A stretch of DNA of 64,000 bases from an uncultured Sutterella sp. (GTDB taxonomy: Bacteria > Pseudomonadota > Gammaproteobacteria > Burkholderiales > Burkholderiaceae_F), in contig CAAECY010000078.1 of the NCBI GenBank assembly GCA_900754475.1, positions 5,801 through 69,800 of the forward strand, read 5' to 3'. The notes beneath the pieces are model-generated. The model made no database searches. It saw only the letters and a list, made by a program, of their open reading frames with translations, and was not told where the DNA came from. Of this stretch, positions 47,072 through 60,644 are shown in pieces. Position numbers and translations under genes: made by a program. The stretch's first letter is position 1; each line of letters opens with the position of its first letter.

Positions 47072-48301
47072 TTAAACAGTTAAGGCTTCGCCCGCCCGGT
47101 GCGTTTTGGAGGCCGGTTCGCTCAGACCTCGAGCACTGACGAGCCAGAGGAGCATAGCAAAAGTGGCCAGACCGAATACGGCCTCCGCGGAGAAATGTTG
47201 GCTCACGGCGCCGCCCGCGGCGCCGCCCACAAAGAGACCGATGTTCTGCGTGGTGTTGTAGATGCCGAGCGCAAGGCCTTTGTCCGCCTTGGGCGCGGCG
47301 CGCGAGATCATCCCGGGAAGGGTCGCTTCGAGAATGTTGAAGCACGCGAAAAAGAGCGCGAGCAGGAAGGCGATTTCCCAAACGGAGTGCATGAGGAAGA
47401 TCATGAGCGCGAAGACGACGCCCATGAGGACGATCGTGCGACGAACGAGCACCGTCACCTTGCGGTTGCGCTCCGCCCAGCCGATGGGCTTCATCATCGC
47501 GGCAAAGCCGACGAGCACCGCGGGAAGGTAGATGTACCAGTGGTGCAGGACCGGAAGGCCCATCGACTCGAGTCGCGTCGGCACGACGACGAAGACCGCC
47601 GTCAGCACCGCGTGCAAAACGAAAATGCCGATGTTGAGGCGCAGGAGTTGAGGCTCGAAAAGGACCTTCTGCCAAGGCTGATGTTCGCCCGCCTCGGCTT
47701 CGGCGGACTTCGGGGCGGGCGGAACGACGAATTTGACGACGAGCACCGCGAGAAGCGCCAGCACGCCCGTCATCGCAAAGAGCCCCGAAACGCCGACGAG
47801 TTCCGTAAGGGGAGGCGCGATCACGAGCGAGAGCGCGAACGTGAGCCCGATCGAGGCGCCGACGAAGGCCATCGCCTTCGTGATCACGCGCTCGCGTACG
47901 GAATCCGAAATGAAGGCCGTGACGGCTGCGGAAATGGCGCCCGCGCCCTGAAGGGCGCGACCGAGCATGACGGTCCAAATCGTGTCGCCCGCGGCGGCGA
48001 GAAAGCTCCCCGCGGCAAAGATAAGCAGACCCGCGATGATGACGGGCGTGCGCCCGTAGCGGTCCGACGCGACGCCGAAGGGAATCTGAAGGATCCCCTG
48101 CGTGAGACCGTAGATCCCGAGCGTGAGCCCGACGAGGAATTCGCTTTCGCCGCCCGGCAAGTGCCGCGCATATACCGCAAACACGGGAAGAATGACAAAA
48201 AGCCCGAGCATGCGCAGCGCGAAAATGCTTGCGAGCGAGAGACTCGATTTCTTCTCTTGAGACGTCATGCGGGCGTCGGCGGGAGTGGGGGAGTGACCCA
48301 T
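47072..48301 (-). CDS. MFS transporter (YajR-like)
   Basis: [55 protein letters not shown] before ATG 48301. Confidence 0.88.
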   Translation of the reverse strand: MGHSPTPADARMTSQEKKSSLSLASIFALRMLGLFVILPVFAVYARHLPGGESEFLVGLTLGIYGLTQGILQIPFGVASDRYGRTPVIIAGLLIFAAGSFLAAAGDTIWTVMLGRALQGAGAISAAVTAFISDSVRERVITKAMAFVGASIGLTFALSLVIAPPLTELVGVSGLFAMTGVLALLAVLVVKFVVPPAPKSAEAEAGEHQPWQKVLFEPQLLRLNIGIFVLHAVLTAVFVVVPTRLESMGLPVLHHWYIYLPAVLVGFAAMMKPIGWAERNRKVTVLVRRTIVLMGVVFALMIFLMHSVWEIAFLLALFFACFNILEATLPGMISRAAPKADKGLALGIYNTTQNIGLFVGGAAGGAVSQHFSAEAVFGLATFAMLLWLVSARGLSEPASKTHRAGEALTV

Positions 48302-48497
48302 GGAGGACTCCTTGTTGATTTTTTTGTTCGGGTGTCGAGAGCGACGGAGTGTTCGGGCCCCGGGCGGTCGCGCAAACGCGCAAGTCGTGCGATAAACGGC
48401 TCGGGAAGCGCTCTCGGTACAATGTCGGGGCAGTCTAGCGGGCAATTTTGGCCCGGAGCTTAACTCCCGCCGCGCGGGAAAAACGGGGTGGCAGGCC

Positions 48498-51308
<2,811 letters not shown>

Positions 51309-51316
51309 GCGGGGCG

Positions 51317-52264
51317 ATGCGCAGTGAAGGACGCCCGACGAGCGTCCTCGTGACGGGTGCGAACGGTCGTCTGGGTTCGGCCGCCGTCGAGCGCCTGCGC
51401 GCGGCGGGGTTTCTCGTTCACGCCCGCACGCGCTCGGAACTCGACATTGCGGACGCCGAGGCGGTGCGGGAGACGGTCTCCGCTCTGCGCCCCGACGTCA
51501 TCGTGAATGCGGCCGCCTATACGAACGTCGCACGAGCGCCGTCGGAGCCCGAGGCGCTGAGACGGGCGAACGTCGAGGGGCCGGCGGTGCTTGCCGCCTG
51601 TGCGGCGCGCTTTGACGCGCGGCTCGTGCATTTTTCAACGGATTACGTCTTTTCCGGGGGCGGCCTCAAGTCCCATCGCGAGAGCGACCCCCGACGCCCC
51701 GCGGGCGCGTACGGCCGAAGCAAGGCGCTCGGCGAAGCGCGCATCGAGCGCTCGGGCGCGCGTTACTGGATCGTTCGCATCGGTTGGCTTCACGGTGCGG
51801 GAAACGACTTCGTCGTTCGGGTGCTCGATCAGGCGCTTGCCGGGAAAGAGATCGTCATGCGGCGCAATCAGTGGGGGCGGCCCACCTCGTACGATGCGGC
51901 CGCGCGCCTCTCTGCAGCGCTTTGCGGGCATCCCGAGGTCGCGGGAGGGGGAAGCGCCGTCTTTCACTTCGGACAGGCGGGCGCCTGCGTGAGCCGCTTC
52001 GGCTGGGCGCAGTTCGTGCTTCGTTGTGCGGCTGAAATCGCGCCCGATCGGGCGGATGTTTTCCTTAATGCCGCGCGAAGAATGCGGGGCGTGACGCTTT
52101 TCGACCCGGAGCGGCCGGAAAATTGCCGGCTTGCGCTGCGGGACCTTGAGGCGCGTCTCGGCATCCGTGCGGACGCGCTCTCTCCGAGTTGGCGCGACGA
52201 CGTGAGCGCGTCCGTCGCCGCACGACTCGGCGCTCTCGCACGCGGATCGGTCGAGAGCGCCTGA
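51317..52264 (+). CDS. RmlD-like dTDP-4-dehydrorhamnose reductase family SDR
   Basis: LVTGANGRLG, NAAAYT, STDYVF, YGRSK..GE. Alternative GTG start at 51305. Confidence 0.8.
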   Translation: MRSEGRPTSVLVTGANGRLGSAAVERLRAAGFLVHARTRSELDIADAEAVRETVSALRPDVIVNAAAYTNVARAPSEPEALRRANVEGPAVLAACAARFDARLVHFSTDYVFSGGGLKSHRESDPRRPAGAYGRSKALGEARIERSGARYWIVRIGWLHGAGNDFVVRVLDQALAGKEIVMRRNQWGRPTSYDAAARLSAALCGHPEVAGGGSAVFHFGQAGACVSRFGWAQFVLRCAAEIAPDRADVFLNAARRMRGVTLFDPERPENCRLALRDLEARLGIRADALSPSWRDDVSASVAARLGALARGSVESA

Positions 52265-52271
52265 GGGTCGG

Positions 52272-53276
52272 TTATTTGCCGAGATTGGACTCGAAATTCC
52301 AGCTGTCGCGGCACATTTCGTCGATGCCGTACTTCGCCTTCCAGCCGAAGAGCTTGAAGGCGAGCGACGGATCGGCCCAGTTCGCGGCGATGTCGCCGTC
52401 GCGACGGGGAGCGAATTCGTAGGGGACGGGCTTCCCGGAGGCGCGCTCGAAGGCGTGCACGATGTCGAGCACGCTGTAGCCGCGGCCGCAGCCGAGGTTG
52501 ACCGCGATCCAGCCCGTATGCTCCGCCGCGTAGGGCAGCGCGGCGGCATGCCCTTCGGCAAGGTCCATCACGTGGATGAAGTCGCGCACGCCCGTGCCGT
52601 CGGGCGTGTCGTAGTCGTTGCCGAAAATGCGCAGGGCGGACAGACGCCCGTTCGCCACGCGCGCCACGTACGGGAGGAGATTGTTCGGAATCCCGTTGGG
52701 ATCTTCGCCGATGAGGCCCGAGGGGTGCGCGCCGATCGGGTTGAAGTAGCGCAGGCACACGACGCTCAGATCCGGGTAGGCGCGGCACGCGTCCGCGAGC
52801 ATGGCTTCGATGTGCAGCTTCGTGCGCCCGTAGGGGTTCGTCGGTTCGCCGAGCGGCTCGGCTTCGGTAAGCGGCAGGTGCTGCGGCGTCCCGTAGACGG
52901 TGGAGGACGAGCTGAAGATCAAACGCTTGACGCCCGTCGCGCGCATGGCTTCGAGGAGTCGCAGGCTGCCCGTCACGTTGTTGTCGTAGTACTCGAGCGG
53001 CTTTGCCACCGATTCGCCCACGGCCTTGAGACCGGCGAAGTGAATCACGGTATCGATCTTTTCGTCGCGCAGGGTGCGTTCCATGGCGTCGCGGTCGCGG
53101 ATGTCGCCTTCCACGAAGACCGGCGCCCGACCCGCAATGCGCGTGATGCGCTCCGCCACGGAACGGTCGGCGTTCGAGAGGTTGTCAAAGAGCACGACGT
53201 GGTGCCCGGCTTCGAGAAGAACGACGGCGGTGTGCGAGCCGATGAAGCCCATGCCGCCCGTAAGGAGAATTCGCAT
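52272..53276 (-). CDS. galE: UDP-glucose 4-epimerase
   Basis: TGGMGFIGSH, HFAGLKAVGES, YGRTK, LRYFNP, DGTGVRDFIHV. Confidence 0.96.
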   Translation of the reverse strand: MRILLTGGMGFIGSHTAVVLLEAGHHVVLFDNLSNADRSVAERITRIAGRAPVFVEGDIRDRDAMERTLRDEKIDTVIHFAGLKAVGESVAKPLEYYDNNVTGSLRLLEAMRATGVKRLIFSSSSTVYGTPQHLPLTEAEPLGEPTNPYGRTKLHIEAMLADACRAYPDLSVVCLRYFNPIGAHPSGLIGEDPNGIPNNLLPYVARVANGRLSALRIFGNDYDTPDGTGVRDFIHVMDLAEGHAAALPYAAEHTGWIAVNLGCGRGYSVLDIVHAFERASGKPVPYEFAPRRDGDIAANWADPSLAFKLFGWKAKYGIDEMCRDSWNFESNLGK

Positions 53277-53396
53277 ATCGGGAAAAGCGTTGTCGAAAAT
53301 ATCGTGGGAAAATGGTCGAACAACCGACGCTCCGACAGTCTAGCGGTTTTCGCCGATCGATCGGGCGTCCCCTCAACCGCCCCAACGAGGATCCCC

Positions 53397-55712
53397 GTGT
53401 TTTTCCGACCGTTTTTCGCATCCCGAGCCCCGTCGCCTTCCTCCCGAACGAATGCATGGGGCGGCGCGATTCTTGCGATCGCCGCGGCGCTTGCCGGCGC
53501 TTCGAACGTCGAAGCGGCCACTGCCGACGAGGTTCGAGCGAAATGCCGCGCCGAAGGGCGTCCGTGCGTGGGGCTCGTCCTTTCGGGGGGCGGTGCCCGA
53601 GGGTTCGCTCACGTGGGCGTCCTGAAGGTGCTCGAAGAGTTGGGCGTCAAGATCGACGTCGTGACGGGCACGAGCATGGGCTCCATGATCGGGGGCGCCT
53701 ACGCGGCGGGCTATACGCCGGAGGAAATCGAAGGGATCGTCGTGGGCGTCGACTGGGACAAGATGCTTGCTCCCCGCACGGACCGCGCCAACCTCCCCTG
53801 GCGCGAAAAAGAAAACGACTATCAGGGACTCTCGTCGGGTTCCGTCGAAATCAACGCCCGCGGAGAATTGAAGCTCCCCGAAGCGCTCGTTCCGTCGCAG
53901 GAGCTCTCGCTCTTTCTGACGACCTGGACGGGGCGGGTCGACATGGTGAACGACCTCGCGCGCCTCTCCATTCCGTTTGCGGCGCCGGCGACCGACCTCG
54001 TGCACGGGCGGCGCGTCGTCATGCAAAAGGACTGCACGCTCGGCGAAGCGATGCGCGCGTCGATGTCGGTGCCCGGGGCGTTCGCGCCGCTCGAATACAA
54101 GGGGACGCTCCTCGTCGACGGGGGGCTCGTCGACAATCTGCCCGTCGCGCTGGCGCGCGAAATGGGGGCCGACGTCATCATCGCCGTGAACGTGGGAACG
54201 CCTCTTTCGGGGCGGGACAAGCTCACGAACGTGGTGGGCGTCATGGCGCAGATGGTGAACATCCTGACGGAACAAAACGTTCGGGCTTCGATCGAGTCGC
54301 TGCGCGAGGGCGACATTCTCATTACGCCCGACCTGGAGAGCGAGCACCTCACGAGCGCCGACCTCAAAAAAAGCCGTCAAATCATCGAGATCGGACGGCA
54401 GGCGGCGTTGCAGGCGGCGGAACGTCTCAAAGCCTACGGCGCACCCGAAGCTCAGTATGCGGCCTGGGACGAGCAGCGCCGTCGTCCGATCGTCGAGACG
54501 GCGAATGCGAATCACCACACGCTTTCGGGGATCCGCGTGGACCGACGGACGTCGCTCGATCCGGAGCGCGTCGTCGCCGCGGCCGATTTGCCGCTTTACG
54601 AGCCGCTCTCGCGGGAGCGCATCGAAGAAGGGACGCGCCGCATCTGGTCCGAGGGCTACTATTCGCGCGTCAACTACCGGTTCGAGCCGGGCCCCAACGG
54701 CACCGAAGTGCTGGTCCTCGAGCCCCACGAAAAGCGTGACCGCTATTCCACGATCCGCATCGGCGGGTCGCTCGAAACGGACTTCAACGAGAGTCACAAT
54801 TTCACGGCCGTTTTCTCGCACACGTGGCACCTGCTCAACGACTGGGGCGGCGCTTGGAAAAACGAAGTGCAGCTCGGCGACGAGCAGTACTTCCGGTCGG
54901 AGTTCTACCAGCCGATCGGCACGACGTCGAACTGGTTCGTCATGCCGAGTCTGGAGTATTCGCGCGAGAAGTACGACGTCTACCGCGACGGCAAGGCCAT
55001 GGCGACGGACCGCTCCGCGATGTTCGACGCGCGGGTGCTCGCGGGTTACGAGATCGAACGACTCGGTTACGCGGGCGTGCAGGTCGGGTACCTCGATCAG
55101 CACGAGCGGCGCATCGTGGGGCCGGACTTCGATTCGGAGCAAAGCGAAATCGATACGAATTCGCCGTACGCGGGCGGGGTCTTCTTCATCGACACGCTCG
55201 ACAGCGTGGACTTCCCGACGAAGGGCGTGCGGTTCGGTCTCCAGGGGTATGTGACGGAAGGGGACGACGCCAACGCCGAGTCCGACTACTACTACCTCGG
55301 CGACTTCTGCTGGCCGGTCTCGTGGAACCGTTGGACCGTCACGACGAACCTCCTCGTGGGGCGTTCGACGATGCGCGGCACCTTCCGCCTCGGCGGCGCG
55401 AAAAAGCTGATCGGCGCGGACTACGGTCGATGGGTGGGCTCGCGCATGGAGTACGGACGCTTTACCGTGTCGCGCAACGTGAGCGACTGGACGGGCATGA
55501 GCATTCCGCTCTGGCTCGGCGTCTCGACCGAAGCGGGGCGCGCCTGGAATCCGAAGGACGACGAACGGTTCGAGAGCGGCCGGGACGACTGGCACAAGTC
55601 GGCCTCGATCTTCGCGGGGCTCGACAGCCCGCTCGGCCCCGTCTACCTGATGCTCGGGAAAACCTTCGACGAAGGTACGGCGGTGTACTTCGTCTGGGGC
55701 CATCGCAACTGA
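53397..55712 (+). CDS. Patatin-like phospholipase with POTRA and C-terminal beta-barrel (PlpD/type Vd-like)
   Basis: LSGGGARG..HVG, GTSMG, LVDGG; barrel-like C-terminus DSPLGPVY...YFVWG. Start uncertain (GTG 53397). Confidence 0.85.
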   Translation: MFFRPFFASRAPSPSSRTNAWGGAILAIAAALAGASNVEAATADEVRAKCRAEGRPCVGLVLSGGGARGFAHVGVLKVLEELGVKIDVVTGTSMGSMIGGAYAAGYTPEEIEGIVVGVDWDKMLAPRTDRANLPWREKENDYQGLSSGSVEINARGELKLPEALVPSQELSLFLTTWTGRVDMVNDLARLSIPFAAPATDLVHGRRVVMQKDCTLGEAMRASMSVPGAFAPLEYKGTLLVDGGLVDNLPVALAREMGADVIIAVNVGTPLSGRDKLTNVVGVMAQMVNILTEQNVRASIESLREGDILITPDLESEHLTSADLKKSRQIIEIGRQAALQAAERLKAYGAPEAQYAAWDEQRRRPIVETANANHHTLSGIRVDRRTSLDPERVVAAADLPLYEPLSRERIEEGTRRIWSEGYYSRVNYRFEPGPNGTEVLVLEPHEKRDRYSTIRIGGSLETDFNESHNFTAVFSHTWHLLNDWGGAWKNEVQLGDEQYFRSEFYQPIGTTSNWFVMPSLEYSREKYDVYRDGKAMATDRSAMFDARVLAGYEIERLGYAGVQVGYLDQHERRIVGPDFDSEQSEIDTNSPYAGGVFFIDTLDSVDFPTKGVRFGLQGYVTEGDDANAESDYYYLGDFCWPVSWNRWTVTTNLLVGRSTMRGTFRLGGAKKLIGADYGRWVGSRMEYGRFTVSRNVSDWTGMSIPLWLGVSTEAGRAWNPKDDERFESGRDDWHKSASIFAGLDSPLGPVYLMLGKTFDEGTAVYFVWGHRN

Positions 55713-55797
55713 GGTCCCGAAACGAAACGGGCATGCCCGAGGGGGATTCCCCGGACATGCCCCGAGCGCGTGGAAAAAGGGTTTGGGTGTTGTCGAC

Positions 55798-56295
55798 TCA
55801 GTCGGCCTTCGGCGCGGGCGCGTCGGCCGACTCTTCCGCCTTCGGCGCGGGCAGGGGCGGCAGGTGGTCGACGGCAAGCTTCAGCGCGTGAAGCGAAAGG
55901 TTGATTTCCGCCGAGAAAAGAAGCGCGCACGTCACGATGAGCGCGATCGCGCCCACGAGGAAAACCGCTTCGGCCACGAGGAGATCGTAGTCGAGGAAGG
56001 CGCTCGCCACGCTCGTGACGACGAGGAGAGCCGAACAGACGGCCGAAAGACCCACGCAGAGCATGCCGCGGCGCAGGAGCGAGGCGCGCAGAAAGATGAG
56101 GTCGATTTCCGCATCGATGTCGGGCTCGAGGTGGCGGGAGGCGGACTCGCGCTTGGCCATCAGCTGTCGGATGCGGTTCGTGGCGTGGTTGTAGCGCCCC
56201 GTCATGCAGATCATCAGAAGGCCGACCCCGGAAATCAGGGTGATCGGCGTGATGGCGGTCGCGAGCGCCTGGTTGAATTCGGTGATGCCGATCAT
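55798..56295 (-). CDS. DUF2721-like membrane protein (copy 2)
   Basis: AITPITLISGVGLL....RY....RIRQL; three hydrophobic segments; F..EI.LS. Confidence 0.75.
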   Translation of the reverse strand: MIGITEFNQALATAITPITLISGVGLLMICMTGRYNHATNRIRQLMAKRESASRHLEPDIDAEIDLIFLRASLLRRGMLCVGLSAVCSALLVVTSVASAFLDYDLLVAEAVFLVGAIALIVTCALLFSAEINLSLHALKLAVDHLPPLPAPKAEESADAPAPKAD

Positions 56296-56780
56296 GCCTG
56301 CTTCTCCTCGGTGTGCGACGCGGCTTCGTTTCGGTCGCGGTTTTGCTCGTGGAGGTGCTCGACCGCGAGGCCGAGCGCATGAAGCGAGAGCCCGATTTCC
56401 ATGCAGAAAAACGCCGTGGATACGACGATGAGACCGAGAGCGAGCACGAGCCAAATCGCGGAAATCGTCACGAAGTTGGTCGAGCTGAAGTTCGAAAGGA
56501 CGTTCGTCGCCACAAGGAGCCCCGAGCAGACCGCCGAGAGCGACAGGCAGAGCATCGCCTTTCGAAGGTACGAGGCGCGGCGGAAAATCAGATGAATTTC
56601 CTTGTCGAGCGCGGGCTCGACGAAGGAGCCCCCGTCTTCGCGCTTTTTGATGAGCTGACGGATGCGGTCCGTCGAGTGGTTGTAGCGGTTCGTCATGCAG
56701 AGCATCATGAGGCCGACACCCGAAATCAGGGTGATCGGCGTGAGCGCATTGACGAGCATGTTCTGAAATTGTTCGAACAC
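56292..56780 (-). CDS. DUF2721-like membrane protein (copy 1)
   Basis: ALTPITLISGVGLM....NRY....RIRQL; GTG start with GGAG SD; stop overlaps the next ATG. Confidence 0.75.
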   Translation of the reverse strand: MFEQFQNMLVNALTPITLISGVGLMMLCMTNRYNHSTDRIRQLIKKREDGGSFVEPALDKEIHLIFRRASYLRKAMLCLSLSAVCSGLLVATNVLSNFSSTNFVTISAIWLVLALGLIVVSTAFFCMEIGLSLHALGLAVEHLHEQNRDRNEAASHTEEKQA

Positions 56781-56839
56781 GGATGTCTCCGGCGTACGAG
56801 AGGCTGAAGGTTTGAGAAAGGTGTCGTCGAATCGGGAGG

Positions 56840-57376
56840 TCAGGCTTCGGCGGGAGTCGCTCCGGCGCTTTCCGCGGGCGCGGGATCGGGGATGCGGGCG
56901 AAGGTTTCGACGCGCGGATTCACGATGCGTCGATAGTCTTCGGTGCGGATGATGATCGAGCGGTCGAGGTGCCCGGCATTGAAGGCGATCTCTTCGTAGC
57001 GACCGAAAAGCGCGCGGTCGACGACGAGCTCGAGCTCGGGGTGCAGGCTGACGGGCGGAATGGCGCCGAAGACGCATCCCGTCAGTTCGCGCACTTCGTC
57101 GGGACTCGCAAGCGACGCGCGTCGCCCGCCGATCGCACGGGCGAGCTCCGAAAGATCGGCCTGCATGTCGGCGGGCAAAACCGCCAGGACGTGTTTTTTG
57201 ACGCCGTTGCCTTTGATCGTGCAGCAAAGCGCCTTGGCGCCCTGACCGAGTTCGGTGCCGCGGATGTCCGCCACCGACTGGCTCGACTTGCCGCCCGCGG
57301 CGTGATGAAGGACGCGGTAGTCGGCGTTGCCCGCATCGAACAGGGCGCAGAGTTGCTCGAGAACGTTTTCGACCAT
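56840..57376 (-). CDS. yeaK: YbaK/ProX-family mischarged tRNA deacylase (YeaK/ProXp-y-like)
   Basis: GQGAKAL.C..KGNG.K.HVLA, ASLASP, LTGCVFGAIPP, EIAFNAG. Confidence 0.82.
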   Translation of the reverse strand: MVENVLEQLCALFDAGNADYRVLHHAAGGKSSQSVADIRGTELGQGAKALCCTIKGNGVKKHVLAVLPADMQADLSELARAIGGRRASLASPDEVRELTGCVFGAIPPVSLHPELELVVDRALFGRYEEIAFNAGHLDRSIIIRTEDYRRIVNPRVETFARIPDPAPAESAGATPAEA

Positions 57377-57522
57377 GTGATCCTCGCAAATAGGGGAAAC
57401 GGAGGTCTGCGAAAAGAGGCCTTCCCAAACCGCGATAGAATACGCCAACCCGCTGGAGGGCGGGGCTTTCGGGCCCCTGGGCCTTCCCTAAGTCTTCTAC
57501 TCTTTTATTTGTTTGGCTCGGT

Positions 57523-57927
57523 ATGTTGTACGGAACCTATCTTGCGTTCGACTTCGGTCTGTCCCGCACCGGCGTGGCGACGGGCAACTCCGTCACGCGC
57601 TCGGCGGAACCGCGCGGCATTCTGTTCGCGCAAACCAATGCCGAGCGTTGGGCGGCGATCGAGGCGCTCGTCGAGCATTGGGAGCCCGTCGCGTTCGTCG
57701 TGGGCGTGCCGCGGCACCCGGACGGGGCGCCCGGGGAACTTACGGGACGGTGCGAACGCTTCGCGCGGCAGCTCGGAGGACGCTTCCGTCGCCCGGTCTT
57801 CACGGTCGACGAGCGGTATTCGTCGGTCGACGTGGAGCACGAGGCCGAATGGATCGACGATCTGTCCGCCTGCGTCATCCTCGAACAGTATTTCGCCGAG
57901 AACGCTTCGTCGGAAACCGAAGCGTAA
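57523..57927 (+). CDS. ruvX: YqgF/RuvX pre-16S rRNA nuclease
   Basis: LAFDFG..RTGVA, VVGVP, VDERYSS, ID..SA.VILEQY. Confidence 0.9.
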   Translation: MLYGTYLAFDFGLSRTGVATGNSVTRSAEPRGILFAQTNAERWAAIEALVEHWEPVAFVVGVPRHPDGAPGELTGRCERFARQLGGRFRRPVFTVDERYSSVDVEHEAEWIDDLSACVILEQYFAENASSETEA

Positions 57928-57942
57928 GGAGCAGCCTCCGCC

Positions 57943-58779
57943 ATGAATCAGGTAACGGGCGCCGTGCGCCTTTTTTTCGTAGCTCTCTACATCCTTCTCG
58001 TTGTCTTTTTCGTTCTCGTCGTGTTCCCGTTCTGTTCGGCGGCGCAACGCGGTCGTTGGATTCACCGCCTCGCGGGTTGGGTCCCCGCGATTTGCGGCGT
58101 GCGCATGACGGTCAAAGGGCGCGTTCCCGACGAGGGCGCCCGCGAGACGGGCATTCATTCGGGCGGTACGGGCTATATGGTCTGCGCGAACCACGTGTCC
58201 TTTCTCGACATCTTCGTGCTCGACGCCGTGCTGCCCTCGCGCTTCGTGGCGAAAAAGGAAATCGCCTCCTGGCCCGTTTTCGGGATGATCAGCCGCGGCG
58301 TGGGGACGCTTTTCATCGACCGCTCGCGCCGTCGGGCCGTGCTTGAGGTGGCCGAACTCATGAGTTCCACGATGAAAAAGGGCGAGAACGTGCTCTTTTT
58401 CCCCGAAGGAACGACGGGGACGGGCGACCGTCTTCTGCCCTTTTACGCGAACCTCTTTACGGCGGGGCCGATGGCCGAAGCCGAGATTCTGCCCGTGGCG
58501 CTGCGCTACACGCTGAAGGGCGAAACGACGACCGTCGCTTCCTACGCGCACGAGTCGCTCTTTACGGTGCTGCGCCGCATCGTCTCGACCCCGGGGCTCG
58601 GCGTCGAAGTCACCGTGCTCGATCCGATTCCGAGCGCGGGCCGCGAGCGGCACGAACTGTGCGCTCTTGCTTCGGCTCGCATGGCGGAGGCGCTCGGCGT
58701 GCCCGACGCCACGGCGGAAAAGGAAGCTCAACGCCGCGCGCGCATCGAAGCGGTGACGGCGAGCCGAGCGGAGGCCTGA
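57943..58779 (+). CDS. 1-acyl-sn-glycerol-3-phosphate (lysophospholipid) acyltransferase family
   Basis: NHVSFLD (HX4D), FVAKKEI, FIDR, FPEGT. Confidence 0.9.
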   Translation: MNQVTGAVRLFFVALYILLVVFFVLVVFPFCSAAQRGRWIHRLAGWVPAICGVRMTVKGRVPDEGARETGIHSGGTGYMVCANHVSFLDIFVLDAVLPSRFVAKKEIASWPVFGMISRGVGTLFIDRSRRRAVLEVAELMSSTMKKGENVLFFPEGTTGTGDRLLPFYANLFTAGPMAEAEILPVALRYTLKGETTTVASYAHESLFTVLRRIVSTPGLGVEVTVLDPIPSAGRERHELCALASARMAEALGVPDATAEKEAQRRARIEAVTASRAEA

Positions 58780-58810
58780 GGCCCGAGGGCTCGGGCCGGG
58801 GCCTTACGAC

Positions 58811-59662
58811 TTACGATGCGTGCTTTTCCGTTTTCTTCTTCTTGAAGGCGAACGGATCCGCCCAACAGGGGCAGGGCTCTTCGAAGAACCGTCGATCCGG
58901 AAAGCGAACGGCCGTGAGGCGTCCGCCCCAGAGGCATCCCGTGTCGATCGCGACGACGTCGGGGCGATTGATGAGCCCCAACATCGACCAGTGTCCGAAG
59001 CAGACGGTCACGTCGCGCTCGCGCCGCCCCTCGAACTCGAACCAGGGCACGAGGTGAGCGGGCGCGGAGCCGATGTCCTCTTTCTGTTCGAAGTCGAGTT
59101 CGCCCGTTGTCCGATCGACGAAGCGCATGCGCGTAAAGGCGTTGAGAATCGCCCGCATGCGCGCCGGCCCCGTGAGTTCGCCCGTCCAGTCGGTGTTGCC
59201 GTACATGCCCTGCAACCACGTCTTCCAGTTGTCCCCGGAGAGGGCCTCGTGCGCTTCGGCGGCCAGGGCTCGCGCTTCGTCGAGCGTCCAGTTGGGGTTG
59301 AGCCCCGCATGAGCGAAGACCGTGCCGCAACGCTCGATGAGGAGCGGCTGTCGGCGCAGCCACTCGACAAGCTCCTCGCAGTCGGGAGCCTCCAGAATTT
59401 CGCCGATCGTGTCCTTTTTGTGCACCCGTCCCGCGCCCGCCGCACAGGCAAGCAGGTGCAGGTCGTGGTTGCCGAGCGTGACCGCAACGCGCGGGCCGAG
59501 CGACTTGATGAAGCGCAGCGTGGCGAGCGATTCGGGGCCGCGGTTCACCAGGTCGCCGACGAAAAGAAGGGGTGCGTCGGCGGGGAGTTGCTCGAGCAGA
59601 CCCCGGAGACTTTCGAGACAACCTTGAATGTCGCCGATGGCATAAACGGAATCTTGATTCAT
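58811..59662 (-). CDS. apaH: Symmetrical diadenosine tetraphosphatase
   Basis: IGDIQGC, GDLVNRGP, LGNHDLH, TRMRF, FGHWS, DTGCLWGG.LTA. Confidence 0.95.
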   Translation of the reverse strand: MNQDSVYAIGDIQGCLESLRGLLEQLPADAPLLFVGDLVNRGPESLATLRFIKSLGPRVAVTLGNHDLHLLACAAGAGRVHKKDTIGEILEAPDCEELVEWLRRQPLLIERCGTVFAHAGLNPNWTLDEARALAAEAHEALSGDNWKTWLQGMYGNTDWTGELTGPARMRAILNAFTRMRFVDRTTGELDFEQKEDIGSAPAHLVPWFEFEGRRERDVTVCFGHWSMLGLINRPDVVAIDTGCLWGGRLTAVRFPDRRFFEEPCPCWADPFAFKKKKTEKHAS

Positions 59663-59786
59663 TTGAAGTTGGCCGGTTGCGGTGAACGGACGGCGCGCGT
59701 TAAGCTTCCTGCGCTCGCCGGGCAATGGTCCCAAATTCTAGTCGGAAGCCCGGCGTCCGATCGTTCAACCGCCAAGAGGTTTCTTC

Positions 59787-60626
59787 ATGCTTCCCGTTCG
59801 TAAAGTCGTCTTCCCCGTCAACGGTCTCGGCACCCGGTTCCTGCCGGCCACGAAGGCCATGCCGAAGGAGATGCTTCCCGTCGTCGACAAGCCGCTCATC
59901 CAGTACGCGGTGGAAGAGGCCGCGGCAGCCGGCATCACGGAAATGATCTTCGTTACGGGGCGCAACAAGCGCGCGATCGAGGACCACTTCGACTGCCACC
60001 CCGAACTCGAACACGATCTCGCCTCGAAGGGCAAGGACGAGCTGCTTGAAATCGTTCGCGGCATCGTTCCCCCGGGCGTCAACTGCATTTACATCCGTCA
60101 GCCGATGGCGCTCGGTCTCGGGCACGCGGTGCTCTGCGCCCGCCCCGTGGTCGGCAACGAACCCTTTGCCGTGATGCTCGCCGACGACCTGATCGACGGC
60201 AAGAGTTCGACCGTCGGCCAGCTCGTCGAAGCGCGTCGCCGTGCGGGCGGCGGCTCGGTCGTGGCCGTTCAGGACGTCGCGCCCGAAGACACGAAGAAGT
60301 ACGGCATCGTGAGCGTGGACGACGCGCGTCAGACCACCTCGCAGATGCGCGGCATCGTGGAAAAGCCCGATCCGTCCGTGGCCCCGTCCCGCCTCGCGGT
60401 GATCGGCCGCTACGTGTTCGAGCCCGAAATTTTCGACTACCTCGCGCGCCAGGAAGCGGGCGTGGGCGGCGAAATCCAGTTGACCGACGGCATCGCCGCG
60501 TCGCTTGCGAAGGTGCCCACCTACGCGCACCGCTACGAAGGCACGCGCTTTGACTGCGGCAGCAAGCAGGGATTCCTCGACGCCACCGTGCACTTCGCGC
60601 GCAAGCGCGGCTTCAAGATCAACTGA
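59787..60626 (+). CDS. galU: UTP-glucose-1-phosphate uridylyltransferase
   Basis: [41 protein letters not shown]. Confidence 0.96.
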   Translation: MLPVRKVVFPVNGLGTRFLPATKAMPKEMLPVVDKPLIQYAVEEAAAAGITEMIFVTGRNKRAIEDHFDCHPELEHDLASKGKDELLEIVRGIVPPGVNCIYIRQPMALGLGHAVLCARPVVGNEPFAVMLADDLIDGKSSTVGQLVEARRRAGGGSVVAVQDVAPEDTKKYGIVSVDDARQTTSQMRGIVEKPDPSVAPSRLAVIGRYVFEPEIFDYLARQEAGVGGEIQLTDGIAASLAKVPTYAHRYEGTRFDCGSKQGFLDATVHFARKRGFKIN

Positions 60627-60644
60627 TCGACGGCCGATTTCGAT

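Noticed and set aside
48302..48497. LexA box at the uvrA / MFS-ssb divergent promoter
   Set aside because: No CTGT-N8-ACAG seen; only a -10-like TACAAT.
52455..53396. Apparent 1085-aa patatin ORF with a long N-terminal extension
   Set aside because: The extension is antisense to galE; the signal-peptide-like region begins near 53397.
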